Source: a virus
Lineage: Duplodnaviria; Heunggongvirae; Uroviricota; Caudoviricetes
Length of the DNA: 64,000 bases
Reading direction: 5' to 3' (one strand)
Virus record (IMG/VR): IMGVR_UViG_3300032205_000001
Span: 44,218 to 108,217 of that record
The notes below the pieces were generated by a model. That model searched no databases and was not told the DNA's origin. It saw only the letters and a list, made by a program, of their open reading frames with translations. Both the position numbers and the translations under genes were made by a program. Positions 40,978 to 50,468 of the stretch are shown piece by piece; positions within the stretch are counted from its first letter, which is position 1; each line of letters starts with the position of its first letter.

Positions 40978-41158
40978 GATCCTGCTGCCTACCCGCGAAG
41001 AAATACTCGCGGCGGTGCTCCCAGTAGAGCGTCATGGCTGGTCTCGTGTTGGAGATCAGATTCTTGGTCGTGTTGTTTATCGGTACGCCACCGAAGAAGA
41101 TGCGGACAACCATCTCAAAGAAGAAGCTCGTGTTCTGGCGGAGGGACGAAAGAGATGA
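40946..41158 (+). CDS. hypothetical protein (70 aa)
   Basis: ORF track. Confidence 0.35.
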   Translation: MLMSSDEKERKILLPTREEILAAVLPVERHGWSRVGDQILGRVVYRYATEEDADNHLKEEARVLAEGRKR

Positions 41159-41442
41159 AGTGCGACCACGGGTGCGAGATGGAATCAACGCAGTTGCCAT
41201 CAGGTGGCTGGATGGGCGGCGTTGGCCACTGTCGGTGTTGCCGTTCCAGCTACGGCTACATCAATTCTTCTACGTACGGAGAAGAGGGTCTGATCCAGTC
41301 GAAAACGTACCCGTCTGATCTGTGCCAGGCGTGCGGCGGAAATCGAATTGACTATGTCCATCCAGACTACGAGCGTATCGAAGAAGAGAGCGCCGAACTT
41401 CCAGGATGGACGGTGGTCCGTTTTCAAAAGAAGGCTAACTGA
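41155..41442 (+). CDS. Cys-rich hypothetical protein (95 aa)
   Basis: ORF track. Confidence 0.4.
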   Translation: MKCDHGCEMESTQLPSGGWMGGVGHCRCCRSSYGYINSSTYGEEGLIQSKTYPSDLCQACGGNRIDYVHPDYERIEEESAELPGWTVVRFQKKAN

Positions 41443-41726
41443 TGCCGAAGTATCGATATTGGCTTCTCGTCGACGAGGAAGACGACAACTGCGACACCGT
41501 CCGGGCCGATGATTCCGCCGAGGCTGCCGAGATTGCAGCTTCTGAAATCTACTCCGATGATGGTCAGCCGCCGAAGGCGACGACGATCGAGCTTGCTGTT
41601 CGAATGGTCGGCGAGAACGGATTTCCCGAGGGCCCGGTTCAGATGTTCGAGGTGTACATTGACTGGGAGGTCCACTACAACGCTGCCTACCGTGGCATCA
41701 AGGGATCCGAGCATCACGAAACCTGA
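41442..41726 (+). CDS. acidic hypothetical protein (94 aa)
   Basis: ORF track. Confidence 0.45.
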   Translation: MPKYRYWLLVDEEDDNCDTVRADDSAEAAEIAASEIYSDDGQPPKATTIELAVRMVGENGFPEGPVQMFEVYIDWEVHYNAAYRGIKGSEHHET

Positions 41727-41912
41727 AGACCTGTTCCGTCGCATCGACGAGTTCCGTATCCGTGCGGAGGTCGAAGAGCGAACCGAGAAGCAGACCATCT
41801 ATCTCATCGCATGCTGGCTTCGGATTCTCGATCATGAAGAGCTGGCCAAGCGTGTCGAAGCGAAAGAGTGGTACCCTAGCGAATGGCGCGATGCCGATGG
41901 TAATCCTCGTCC

Positions 41913-42278
41913 ATGAGGATTTTCGTCTTTGGATCAAACCTGGCCGGTCGTCACGGCAAGGGTGCGGCTCTCGACGCCAAAGAGCTGTGGGGCGCTGAAT
42001 ACGGCGTTGGCGAGGGGCCCACGGGTCGTGCGTATGCGATCCCAACCAAAGATGAGAAGCTGAAGCGCAGGACGCTCTTCCAAATTGGTGCCTCGGTAAA
42101 GAAGTTCATCGAGTACGCAAAGGGACACCCGGAGCACGAGTTCTTCGTGACCAGGATCGGATGCGGCCTCGCCGGCTACACCGACAAGGACATTGGTCCG
42201 ATGTTCGAGGGCGCTCCGACGAATTGCGAGCTGCCACCTGGCTGGGGCAAGCCCGTGGAGTCGGGGTACTATGGATAA
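41913..42278 (+). CDS. hypothetical protein (121 aa; possible Rossmann/SLOG-like FVFGSNLAGRHGKGAA)
   Basis: ORF track. Confidence 0.45.
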   Translation: MRIFVFGSNLAGRHGKGAALDAKELWGAEYGVGEGPTGRAYAIPTKDEKLKRRTLFQIGASVKKFIEYAKGHPEHEFFVTRIGCGLAGYTDKDIGPMFEGAPTNCELPPGWGKPVESGYYG

Positions 42279-42537
42279 GACAGACTTCTCGAAGATTTGT
42301 GGCGTCGCAGTCTACGTAACCTGCTCGTACTGCAAGGGAAAAAGGCGCTTTCCTGGCGGCAAGTACAAGGATCAGGGCGAGGTGATCAACTGCCCGATCT
42401 GTAACGGAACTGGGGCCGAGCGAGAATTCCTGGACCTTGATGGCTTTCAGCGGCTGGTGACAATCGTGATGAACAAGTCTAGATCTCGTTTACGATGGAA
42501 ACCGAAGCAAAGCCCAAAGCGGAAGAGTCGCATCTAG
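42271..42537 (+). CDS. zinc-ribbon protein (88 aa)
   Basis: Met27 of track ORF 42193..42537; CSYCKG...CPICNG. Confidence 0.4.
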   Translation: MDKTDFSKICGVAVYVTCSYCKGKRRFPGGKYKDQGEVINCPICNGTGAEREFLDLDGFQRLVTIVMNKSRSRLRWKPKQSPKRKSRI

Positions 42538-42992
42538 ATCGTCTTGATTTCTGTCCCGGATGTTTCGCCACAAACGAGGACGGTTCCTGGGGCTCTACGG
42601 TCCTTGGCGATTACTGCATGAATTGCGGCGCCGGAGGGACGGTCAACATCCCTCGGTGGGCTGTTAAATCGATTCGCCGGCAAGCGAGCTGGGTCGGCAA
42701 GCGTTACTACCCACACGAAGAAGACTTCGAGAAGCACGAGGAGATGAAGGCCCTCAGGTCGCTTCCAAAGGCCTTCCCTGGAAGGACGGCAGAGCCGTGC
42801 AACAACGAACACAATCGGTTCTGGGTTAAGCAGCAGCTGACCGAGAACAAGAGCGTGACGGTCTCGGTGACCGCTTCATCAGTCGAAGAAGCGATCGAGG
42901 CATCTCGCTACTCGCTTCCGTACGTCCCTGAGTACCCTCCCAAGGATGAGAAGAAGGCAGATTCTATTGCCATCACGGAGACGAAGAACTGA
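42495..42992 (+). CDS. hypothetical protein (165 aa, N-terminal Cys cluster)
   Basis: ORF track. Confidence 0.45.
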   Translation: METEAKPKAEESHLDRLDFCPGCFATNEDGSWGSTVLGDYCMNCGAGGTVNIPRWAVKSIRRQASWVGKRYYPHEEDFEKHEEMKALRSLPKAFPGRTAEPCNNEHNRFWVKQQLTENKSVTVSVTASSVEEAIEASRYSLPYVPEYPPKDEKKADSIAITETKN

Positions 42993-43201
42993 TGGAAGAC
43001 CGCCACTGGCAACAGTCCGCCGAGCAATGGGAATCCGCCTACAAGATGGTGAAGGCGGATCGTGATAAGCTCCTGGCTAAGATCGAAAAGATCAAAGCTC
43101 TGGCAGACGAATGTCGGCGCGGGTGCGAATGTGACTACGACTTCAGGTGCCGATCTTGTTCGGCGCTCATACGTCTAAAAACCGAGATCTTTGAGGAGTA
43201 A
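42992..43201 (+). CDS. hypothetical protein (69 aa)
   Basis: ORF track. Confidence 0.4.
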   Translation: MEDRHWQQSAEQWESAYKMVKADRDKLLAKIEKIKALADECRRGCECDYDFRCRSCSALIRLKTEIFEE

Positions 43202-43204
43202 ACG

Positions 43205-44188
43205 ATGATTCTAAGGCCGGGTGACAAGGGTCCAGAAGTTGAGCAACTCCAGCTGAAGCTCAAGGCTGCTGGCTATGATCCGGGTGATATCGATGGCGAT
43301 TATGGCCCCAAGACCACAGCCGCCGTGCTCGCTTTCCAGATGGATCGCCCAGATATCGATGATGACGGTGTAGCTGGCCCTCAAACGATGGGCTCTCTCA
43401 ATGCTGCCATCTCGAAGATGAACCAGCCGTCGCCGCCACCACCGAGCGACGTTGTTCATTGCGACGACGACACGTGGAAGAAATTCCAGGTACTCGTGGA
43501 TGCGATCACAACCCGTCCCGTACGGTACGGTCCTGGTCGCGGTCTGTGGGTCAACGACAAGTTCGTGGTGACCTACGGTGCTGGGACGATGGGTGGAACG
43601 GTAGCGCAGTGGCCGAACGTGCTTGGGAAGCCATATCCGAGCTTCCACTGCACGTCTTGGTGCAACTTCTTCATGAGCTGGCTCTGCAGGCGCAACCAGG
43701 ACTACACGCACGCCGGCAACTGCCCTGAGATCTGGGAGCTGCTCCTCAGCAGCCCAGATGTGCATCAGAACCCAGGCGCCGGTCCATATCGCGGCTTCGG
43801 CGACGTCTGCTACCAGATCCCGCCGGATGGCCATGCCGTCAAGCGGAGCGGCGTGCCGAAGGTCATGGACGCACGAGAGCTGTACGACCGTCGTGGTGAC
43901 CTTCCGACGTTCATGGTGTTCGGTCAATCCACGAGAACGGCCGGCGGATGGAATTGGTGGCACCACACGGGCGTGTACGTGACGCGCGATAACAGGCTGT
44001 TCCGAATCGCTGCTGATGGGTGGCGTGGTGCGAGCGGCTATTCAGCGAGCCCGATGAAGTACATCGAGATCACGCCCAGCAATGTGAGCGCGTTCGACAA
44101 CTGCATCTATCGCATGTACGGCGTCAAAACGGCGGATGGCACCTACGGAGACAAGAGTCGGCCATACGCGATGGTGACCTTCGAGTGA
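43205..44188 (+). CDS. endolysin-like cell-wall hydrolase (N-terminal peptidoglycan-binding domain plus C-terminal putative Cys/His peptidase)
   Basis: GDKGPEVEQLQLKLKAAGYDPGDIDGDYGPKTTAAVLAFQ is a PG_binding_1-type repeat; the C-terminal half has conserved Cys (FHCTSWC) and His (WWHHTG). Confidence 0.55.
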   Translation: MILRPGDKGPEVEQLQLKLKAAGYDPGDIDGDYGPKTTAAVLAFQMDRPDIDDDGVAGPQTMGSLNAAISKMNQPSPPPPSDVVHCDDDTWKKFQVLVDAITTRPVRYGPGRGLWVNDKFVVTYGAGTMGGTVAQWPNVLGKPYPSFHCTSWCNFFMSWLCRRNQDYTHAGNCPEIWELLLSSPDVHQNPGAGPYRGFGDVCYQIPPDGHAVKRSGVPKVMDARELYDRRGDLPTFMVFGQSTRTAGGWNWWHHTGVYVTRDNRLFRIAADGWRGASGYSASPMKYIEITPSNVSAFDNCIYRMYGVKTADGTYGDKSRPYAMVTFE

Positions 44189-44445
44189 CCGTCGGTGACT
44201 TGCTCAACGAATGCGATCGGGCCCGTAAACAGGGACTGAAGTACGTCGTTCTCCGCATCGAACGTCACGGTGGTGCGTGGATGCAGGTCATGAAGGGTCT
44301 GTTGGGAAACGTCATTGGCTCAGACAAAACCGGCTCCTTCGTATCTGTCGACATTCTGAAGGCAGAATCGAAGGCGGTCGGAATTGATCCAGCCACAGAG
44401 ATTCCGAAGGTGTCAGCACATCGGTCTAAGGTGACAATGGGCTGA
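44185..44445 (+). CDS. hypothetical protein (86 aa, GTG start)
   Basis: In frame with track ORF 44020..44445. Confidence 0.35.
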   Translation: MTVGDLLNECDRARKQGLKYVVLRIERHGGAWMQVMKGLLGNVIGSDKTGSFVSVDILKAESKAVGIDPATEIPKVSAHRSKVTMG

Positions 44446-44457
44446 TGACATGGTCCT

Positions 44458-44649
44458 GTGCCAGCCATGAAAGCATCCATCGTCTACAACACCAAAGAAG
44501 AGCCACGAGTTCTCATCGAGCTGGAGTCGGCCGAGGAGCGCAGAATTCTCACCGACAAGGTTGATGCGCTCAAGCTCATCAGGGTTGGCTACAACAACGA
44601 GGTCGTCTCAGACCTAGCGTTCGAGGTGATTCAGGAGTCAGATGCGTAG
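44458..44649 (+). CDS. hypothetical protein (63 aa)
   Basis: ORF track. Confidence 0.35.
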   Translation: MPAMKASIVYNTKEEPRVLIELESAEERRILTDKVDALKLIRVGYNNEVVSDLAFEVIQESDA

Positions 44650-44890
44650 CTCGTGGGCGATAGGATTCAACGGATTCATCGAGGTCCACACGGACCAGTT
44701 CGCGCGCAAGTTCGATGACAACGGCAATAAGCGCCTGTTCCAGTGGAACCCGTACAAACAGGCTGTCCACGTCCACCCAGATTACTGGGATGAGTTCTGC
44801 GAGCGCTTCGAGGCCTTATCGGCTCCGATTGGCGAGACCGCCGCTCCAAATGGCGAAGCTGCCGGTGACGAAGGGATGAACAACCCATAA
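44642..44890 (+). CDS. hypothetical protein (82 aa)
   Basis: ORF track. Confidence 0.4.
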   Translation: MRSSWAIGFNGFIEVHTDQFARKFDDNGNKRLFQWNPYKQAVHVHPDYWDEFCERFEALSAPIGETAAPNGEAAGDEGMNNP

Positions 44891-44925
44891 GATGCCGAAC
44901 TTACGTGTCTTGACCATCGGCATGC

Positions 44926-45165
44926 GTGTTGCTGATGGTCACCTGCATGATGCGCTTAGAGCTTCGGCTCTCTCAGGTCTGCAAGGTGTGCGAGCTTGAA
45001 ATTGACCCCATTCCGATTCGGCCGCATGACCCGCTGACCGGAAAGATCAACATCGGCTTCTGTATCGCGATGGGGGTCTGCCCGTGCTGCCTGACGTCGA
45101 TCGAGTATTATCCCATCGACTGGAAGAAGTTGATGCGTCGATACAGGCGAGTCAGAAAGAAGTAG
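44926..45165 (+). CDS. Cys-rich hypothetical protein (79 aa)
   Basis: ORF track; last gene of the rightward operon. Confidence 0.35.
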   Translation: MLLMVTCMMRLELRLSQVCKVCELEIDPIPIRPHDPLTGKINIGFCIAMGVCPCCLTSIEYYPIDWKKLMRRYRRVRKK

Positions 45166-45220
45166 ATGTTCTCCTGCTCCTCACGTTCGACCGTATGCGA
45201 CCGGACCTGCGAGAGCTGTC

Positions 45221-45547
45221 CTAGGAAGCGCGCTTCTTTGCTAGCCACAGCTTCCGACCAAGCTTCGGAAACCCGTGGTCGTCAGCTACTACTTCGTATG
45301 CCTTTACCTGCCACTCGGGACCAGCCCTCGGATCGTCCAGCGGCTCCAAGGCGGCGGTCTCGGCGTCCTTAGCGTGTTCAGCGCAGGCAGGCCAGCCGTC
45401 ACCGTGGTAAGTGATGCCAGAGAAGATTCTGATCACCGCACGAACCCGCCGACCTTGCCGCCGGCAGACGTAGCAGCACATTCGGCTGCCCCAGTACTTT
45501 ATCGTGGGGTCTTCGGCTTTCTCGGCGGTCTCGTCTGAGGCTGGCAT
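45221..45547 (-). CDS. Cys-rich hypothetical protein (108 aa)
   Basis: ORF track. Confidence 0.4.
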   Translation of the reverse strand: MPASDETAEKAEDPTIKYWGSRMCCYVCRRQGRRVRAVIRIFSGITYHGDGWPACAEHAKDAETAALEPLDDPRAGPEWQVKAYEVVADDHGFPKLGRKLWLAKKRAS

Positions 45548-46146
45548 GACGCTTCATTTCTGTGCCAAACGCCGGCCGGTAGAGCAACCGGCGCAGTATT
45601 GGGAGGCGGTTTTGGCTTAGGCGGTTGAGGACGCCTGTTGATGAGGTCTTCGGCGAACTTGACTTTCCTTCTGTGCTCTCTCTGTTGGAGTATTTGCAAC
45701 AGTCGGAGGTCGGCATCTGACATGCCGGAGAATTCCTCGGCAGTCGTTGGCGGTCTTCGATTTCTCAGTTCGGCGATGATCGCTTCGAGCCTACTGTCCC
45801 TTTTGTAGAAGCCGAACGGGTCGAAATCATCCGCTCCCATCTGCGTTCTGCTGCGTTCTGGCCCTCGATAACGAGACTCAAGAAACGAATCATGGACAGA
45901 TCGTAGGCGCTTGAAGCGTTCTTCTTTTGCTTTGAGTTCATTGGGAGGAAGGTGCTGGTTCTGATCAGGGTGATACCTGCCGGCGATGGCCCTGAAGCCC
46001 TTGCGGCAAGTTTCCTTGGCTTCTGCCAAGAGCTTTTCCCCGTCCGTGTGGTTACTGGCGGACTTGACCTTGGCGAGCACCTCGTCGGTGACACCCATCT
46101 CAGCGAGGCACTCGCGCACCTCGCTGGTCATGCCGGTCTTCCGCAT
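45499..46146 (-). CDS. J-domain (DnaJ-like) protein
   Basis: GFRAIAGRYHPDQNQ...FKRLRSVHDSF carries the HPD tripeptide in a J-domain context; Pro/Lys-rich C-terminus. Confidence 0.55.
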   Translation of the reverse strand: MRKTGMTSEVRECLAEMGVTDEVLAKVKSASNHTDGEKLLAEAKETCRKGFRAIAGRYHPDQNQHLPPNELKAKEERFKRLRSVHDSFLESRYRGPERSRTQMGADDFDPFGFYKRDSRLEAIIAELRNRRPPTTAEEFSGMSDADLRLLQILQQREHRRKVKFAEDLINRRPQPPKPKPPPNTAPVALPAGVWHRNEASCQPQTRPPRKPKTPR

Positions 46147-46149
46147 CAG

Positions 46150-46389
46150 TTAGAAGAAATCCTTCGGCCATGGCGACTTGTCAACTTCGATGTTGACGGC
46201 CTTGCGGAACTGCTCCTCCTGCTCAGGCGTGAGCGGGCAAACGCCTTTGGCACTACGCATAGCAAGCGAGATGCAGTCGCCCGAAGGATGGTTGCGGATC
46301 AGCGCTCTGGTAAAGGCGATGAGGAATTCGACCGGAGCCGCAGCTTGACCAGCATCTCTCTCCGATCGCTGTTCAGGGAGCTGCAGCAT
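46150..46389 (-). CDS. hypothetical protein (79 aa)
   Basis: Internal Met of track ORF 46150..46461. Confidence 0.3.
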   Translation of the reverse strand: MLQLPEQRSERDAGQAAAPVEFLIAFTRALIRNHPSGDCISLAMRSAKGVCPLTPEQEEQFRKAVNIEVDKSPWPKDFF

Positions 46390-46604
46390 CCCGCTCCGAT
46401 GTGCAGGTCGTGCTTCAGCTCCTCTTTTTGCGAGCCCTCTGCTTTCAGTACTTCTCCGCACCAGTGACGCTCCCCATCGAAAACGAGGCTAGGACAAGGC
46501 CCAGGCATTGTGCCGTGAACCCGCAAGCCGACCCAGCAAAGGGACTTCTTGCAGCAATATCCGCTTCCGATACACGGAGCGATGGGCCACGGCAGCTCAT
46601 CCAT
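46299..46604 (-). CDS. Cys-rich hypothetical protein (about 101 aa)
   Basis: ATG 46604; leaderless promoter TTGACA-N17-TTGTAT-N5-ATG at 46605-46638 on the minus strand. Confidence 0.4.
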   Translation of the reverse strand: MDELPWPIAPCIGSGYCCKKSLCWVGLRVHGTMPGPCPSLVFDGERHWCGEVLKAEGSQKEELKHDLHIGAGCCSSLNSDRREMLVKLRLRSNSSSPLPER

Positions 46605-46638
46605 GGCTAATACAATCACCTCATAAAGCGATTGTCAA
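46605..46638 (-). promoter_or_regulatory. leaderless promoter CCTTGACAATCG-N17-TTGTAT-N5-ATG
   Basis: Reverse complement read. Confidence 0.45.
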
Positions 46639-46642
46639 GGAA

Positions 46643-47089
46643 TCACTTCTTGAGGGAAAACGGCAAGACGAAATCCAACGGCATGACCCAGACATGGGCG
46701 AGGTTTGCTTGGTCTACCAGATCTTCCTCCTTCGGGAAGACCTCAAGCCCGATACGGTTGTCACCGATGAGTTCGTTCTTGATGCGCTGCATGTCGGACC
46801 ACGAGCGAACCATTTCACCGTCGTGGCGCCTGATCCAAAGGTGGATGACCAGGCCCCATTCAGTTGGCTCGTCTGAGATCTGAACCGAATAGCGGTTGTT
46901 TAGAAAGCCGTAGGGCCGGAAGTTCGACTCGGTCCGGCTCCAGTCCTTCATCTGCTGCGGGGTCGTCGCTCTCTTCTCCCACGGCTGCCATGGCTGCCTG
47001 GAAAGTCGACGCAGGGCCATCTTGTTCATCGCCTTGCCAATGCCCTGTTTTGGCGCGATTGTCCAGCCGATGCTGGAGATGAAGACCAC
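46643..47089 (-). CDS. hypothetical protein (148 aa or shorter)
   Basis: ORF track. Confidence 0.4.
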   Translation of the reverse strand: MVFISSIGWTIAPKQGIGKAMNKMALRRLSRQPWQPWEKRATTPQQMKDWSRTESNFRPYGFLNNRYSVQISDEPTEWGLVIHLWIRRHDGEMVRSWSDMQRIKNELIGDNRIGLEVFPKEEDLVDQANLAHVWVMPLDFVLPFSLKK

Positions 47090-47303
47090 CCAATGCGAGT
47101 ACGAACTTGCCGATGCCTCTGGCTACAAGTTCAAGATCACTGCCAAGCAGCACCAGGATGGCAGCTGGAAGGGCGGTTGGTATGCCGACGTGACGTTCTC
47201 GGCCGATGGAATGAATTCGGCCGAAGCCGCCGTGATGAGGCTCCTGTCGGCCGCCGAGCAATTCGTTAGGATGCTCAAGGAGGCCCGAGATGGACAACCC
47301 TAG
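47070..47303 (+). CDS. hypothetical protein (77 aa)
   Basis: Met17 of track ORF 47022..47303. Confidence 0.3.
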   Translation: MLEMKTTQCEYELADASGYKFKITAKQHQDGSWKGGWYADVTFSADGMNSAEAAVMRLLSAAEQFVRMLKEARDGQP

Positions 47304-47508
47304 AAAAGATCCGATCAATCTGCAGCACGTCGCATATGGTCAGCATGCCATCAGTCTCGGTCCCCAGAAGCTCGGACAGATCTTGTCTAAGTGTCTGACT
47401 GAGATCAGCCTCATCATGAGCATTCCGCCTGGACCACAATCCCAGAACGTGATGGCGATCTTGAAGGACAATCTTCAGAAAGCCACCGGCATTTCACAAG
47501 ACGACTAA
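47290..47508 (+). CDS. hypothetical protein (72 aa)
   Basis: ORF track. Confidence 0.4.
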   Translation: MDNPRKDPINLQHVAYGQHAISLGPQKLGQILSKCLTEISLIMSIPPGPQSQNVMAILKDNLQKATGISQDD

Positions 47509-47518
47509 GGGCCGTCTA

Positions 47519-48448
47519 CTACAAAGTCGTTCGATCTACTGCGAAATCGCAGAAGATGTAGTCGACAAACACATCAACCGTTTGTCCAGTCGCAACCCAC
47601 ATGTTCATGCTTGGCAGCAAAGATCCGAACTGCGCGGTTGAGTCTGTTGCCACGAGCGTTCCGTCGATATACCACTGCGTAAGCGGTCCGGCTGGATCGC
47701 ATACAACTTTGAATACGTGCGGATGAAAATTGAGATTGTCGATAGCGACGCCCGTATCGTGCTGAATCAGGCTATCAACCCCTCCGCCTGCGTTGCCTGT
47801 GAGAGCCCACCAATGATTATTGCCGAAGGCATCCTTGTTGATGCCAAACCCAAGTAGATTCCATCGGCTGGAGAAACCAGAAGCTGGTTGGGTATATTGT
47901 CCAAACGCAAGACCTACGTGCGGAGGACTTCCGCTTGCTTCATCGTCGCCTTGCCATGAGAGACGAAATTCGAGTGTGAGTACGCCTTGCGTGATGTCGT
48001 TAGCGATCTCGCCAAGAATTGGGCCAGCAGGGTCTACGTGACCAGTGACCGGCGCGATGTCAACATACACTTCAACAGCGCCACCGGCTGAATCGACGCG
48101 AAAACGCAAAACGCCGATCGGGGTTTTCGCCCAACCGTTTGGGCCAGAAAAAGATGAATCGACAAGTTTGACTTCAGTTGACGACCCAGGCGTGATCACC
48201 TGCATATTCGACGTCGCGTTATTGATGAAGTCTTCCATCCATGTGAAGCGAGCTGGCGTTGTTCCGCCGCCTCCTCCACTGGCGCCAGTGAGCTGGTCGA
48301 TAGTCCCATCGCTTCGTCGTGCAAACAGATGCGTGACGCCAGATGCTAACTTGGCATAGAGCTGTACCTGATCCACGATCGCGGCTGGATCTGTAGTTTG
48401 TCGCAGGAACTTTGCGATTCCAGCGCCAGCTCGACGAAATAAGCTCAC
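47519..48448 (-). CDS. tail-fibre/receptor-binding protein with ConA-like lectin (LamG-type) C-terminal domain
   Basis: N-terminal Gly-rich stretch (GASGGGGG); C-terminal W..G/LAFG/WWALTG/WYIDG/VDYIF jelly-roll pattern. Confidence 0.5.
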   Translation of the reverse strand: MSLFRRAGAGIAKFLRQTTDPAAIVDQVQLYAKLASGVTHLFARRSDGTIDQLTGASGGGGGTTPARFTWMEDFINNATSNMQVITPGSSTEVKLVDSSFSGPNGWAKTPIGVLRFRVDSAGGAVEVYVDIAPVTGHVDPAGPILGEIANDITQGVLTLEFRLSWQGDDEASGSPPHVGLAFGQYTQPASGFSSRWNLLGFGINKDAFGNNHWWALTGNAGGGVDSLIQHDTGVAIDNLNFHPHVFKVVCDPAGPLTQWYIDGTLVATDSTAQFGSLLPSMNMWVATGQTVDVFVDYIFCDFAVDRTTL

Positions 48449-49053
48449 GGTCCCTCCAGCATTTCAAGCCACGCTTCGAGATCGGTGGTGTTTGGCAAAA
48501 AGCCAGACGTGGTTGTTAGCTGAACTCCGATTAGATCCCCGGCAATGTACGTATCGATACCAGGAGCCTGTGTAGCGTTGCCACCAGTGCCAGTGGTGTG
48601 GACGACCGACAGCGTTCCTGGTGAACCGTTTTTAGTAACCCTCACCGTCAGCGTGCCAGCGGTAATTGCCTGAGTGAGCCTGGTGCCGAGGCCGGTGATT
48701 GATCCGGCCCTGATCATCTTCACTGTATCGAAGCTGGTAGAAACCAAGGCTGACAGAGCCACGCCGGTTTGATTAGCGGCAACATTTGCTTGCGCCCATA
48801 GCTCAGGCATGGTCTCGACTCCTTGAACTTCAACAGGAACAGTGATGATGATCTCCTGTCCAATGACATTTGAGACGACGATGTCCGTGAGTGGCCCAGG
48901 TCCAAGGTATGCCACGCCGGCTGCATCCACAAATGCTGTGCTCCAATAGACAACCCGAGCCAACGTTGTGTCGTTAGCTCGCATCCGGTAAGTGACGCCA
49001 CTTACTGGTCCGAGGTCGATGCCCTCGGTTGTTAATGGAACAGCACTGCTCAT
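48445..49053 (-). CDS. tail-fibre-associated structural protein (202 aa)
   Basis: Thr/Gly/Ser-rich beta-type composition; overlaps its neighbours by 4 nt. Confidence 0.45.
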   Translation of the reverse strand: MSSAVPLTTEGIDLGPVSGVTYRMRANDTTLARVVYWSTAFVDAAGVAYLGPGPLTDIVVSNVIGQEIIITVPVEVQGVETMPELWAQANVAANQTGVALSALVSTSFDTVKMIRAGSITGLGTRLTQAITAGTLTVRVTKNGSPGTLSVVHTTGTGGNATQAPGIDTYIAGDLIGVQLTTTSGFLPNTTDLEAWLEMLEGP

Positions 49054-50468
49054 AGCTCTTTGGCGTATTCGTATGTTTTGAGCGTTCCGTCCGTGTTGTA
49101 CGTGGCGGTAACGCGGAAGCGCTCAACCTCTCCGTGGGCTCCGTCGGCATCACTATCCGAAGCTGTGTCTGCCGTCGCTTTGTTGGCGAAGACGCGCATA
49201 CGGCAGCTCGTCATCTTTCCGGTCACATCGTAGACGTACTTGTCGTTAAACGAGTTGGCCTTGATCTGACCGCCCGGACCTTGGCCAACGGCTGTGATGA
49301 CGGCAAGTCCGCCAACTGCGCCAGCGACACCTGTAGCGCCAGCTGGAATTGTGGCTACGCCAGTTAGGACCTGATAAACGGTCGTGCCGTCTGGGATGGC
49401 GCCTGTCGCCCACGGCACGTAGAACGTTGCGATCTTCGTGGTGCCGTTGTAGGTCTTGCATTGCCTGCTCTGACCCGAGCCGGCGCCTGCGCTCAGCTGG
49501 AACCATACATCTTTGTAGATGTCGTCGGTCGACGAGTCATTTGCCCGAAGGGTCATTGTATTAGAGCCGCCAGCCTGTGCGAGGCCTTCATCAAGCAGGC
49601 TGTTGGACGCCCCAACGATCTCAAAGACCGACGTACCGTCTGGTTGTGTGCCCCAGTTACGGTTGACCGTAGCCATCTTGTTGGAACCCGCGTACGAGGC
49701 GATGAACCTAGATTGGTTAGATCCTGTGCCACCAATGATGGAGATTAGAGAACGAGAATAGGTGCCATCTACGGATGAGGCGCCTGCATCGAGCTGGATC
49801 TGGTTGATGCCGTTTCCAGCGCCTTGTGCTGTTCCAGTTCTGATTGCGTTGGTCGCAAGACCGCCCATGCTGCCAGCGTTGACATTCGGCAAGGCCGTTA
49901 GGCCAGCACGAACCGAATCTGTGAACTTATTGAGTGCAATCACGTCGAGAACGAGATCGTCTCGCGTCAATGCATTCGTCGCAGCGATTTCCATCGGAGC
50001 CTTGCCAAAGGTATCCGTATGCGAAGCTGTGATGGCAAGGTCATACCAGCCAAGGCCAGTATCAGTTACGGTTGGCGTGATCGTGGAAAAGACGACCTGG
50101 TTGGACTTCTTCAGCTTGATCGTAAACGCCGATGGGGCGATGCCTGGAAACCCAAGTCCGGTCGCACCATCGCGCATGAACACGCTGACGGTTGTGGCGG
50201 TGTTCTGCAGGACTTGAACGACAGTCATAGGGGTCTCCAGATCGGGCAGAAACCCGGAATTGAACGTGCGTGACCAGGCGCCTTGGCGGTTTTGAGAGAA
50301 TGGAAAGAAGTAAGGGTTACCGGAGCTGACAAGCGACGCAAAGCTCGCTTTCGAAAACGATCCAAAATAGACGGTCTCGACTGGCATCAACGATGCGAAG
50401 CTCGCATGGGAGAAGTTGCCGAAGAACGGACCAGAGACCGTCGTAAGACTGCCAGTACGTGCCGTCAT
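49050..50468 (-). CDS. tail-fibre protein (472 aa, Gly/Thr/Ala-rich)
   Basis: Low-complexity G/T/A/S-rich composition typical of fibre shafts. Confidence 0.5.
   Translation of the reverse strand: MTARTGSLTTVSGPFFGNFSHASFASLMPVETVYFGSFSKASFASLVSSGNPYFFPFSQNRQGAWSRTFNSGFLPDLETPMTVVQVLQNTATTVSVFMRDGATGLGFPGIAPSAFTIKLKKSNQVVFSTITPTVTDTGLGWYDLAITASHTDTFGKAPMEIAATNALTRDDLVLDVIALNKFTDSVRAGLTALPNVNAGSMGGLATNAIRTGTAQGAGNGINQIQLDAGASSVDGTYSRSLISIIGGTGSNQSRFIASYAGSNKMATVNRNWGTQPDGTSVFEIVGASNSLLDEGLAQAGGSNTMTLRANDSSTDDIYKDVWFQLSAGAGSGQSRQCKTYNGTTKIATFYVPWATGAIPDGTTVYQVLTGVATIPAGATGVAGAVGGLAVITAVGQGPGGQIKANSFNDKYVYDVTGKMTSCRMRVFANKATADTASDSDADGAHGEVERFRVTATYNTDGTLKTYEYAKEL

Noticed and set aside
43205-45165. 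Complete lysis cassette (holin or spanin next to the endolysin)
   Set aside because: The ORFs after the endolysin (44185, 44458, 44642) are hydrophilic. The only hydrophobic small proteins are elsewhere (25621, 59971, 20316), so no holin is assigned.
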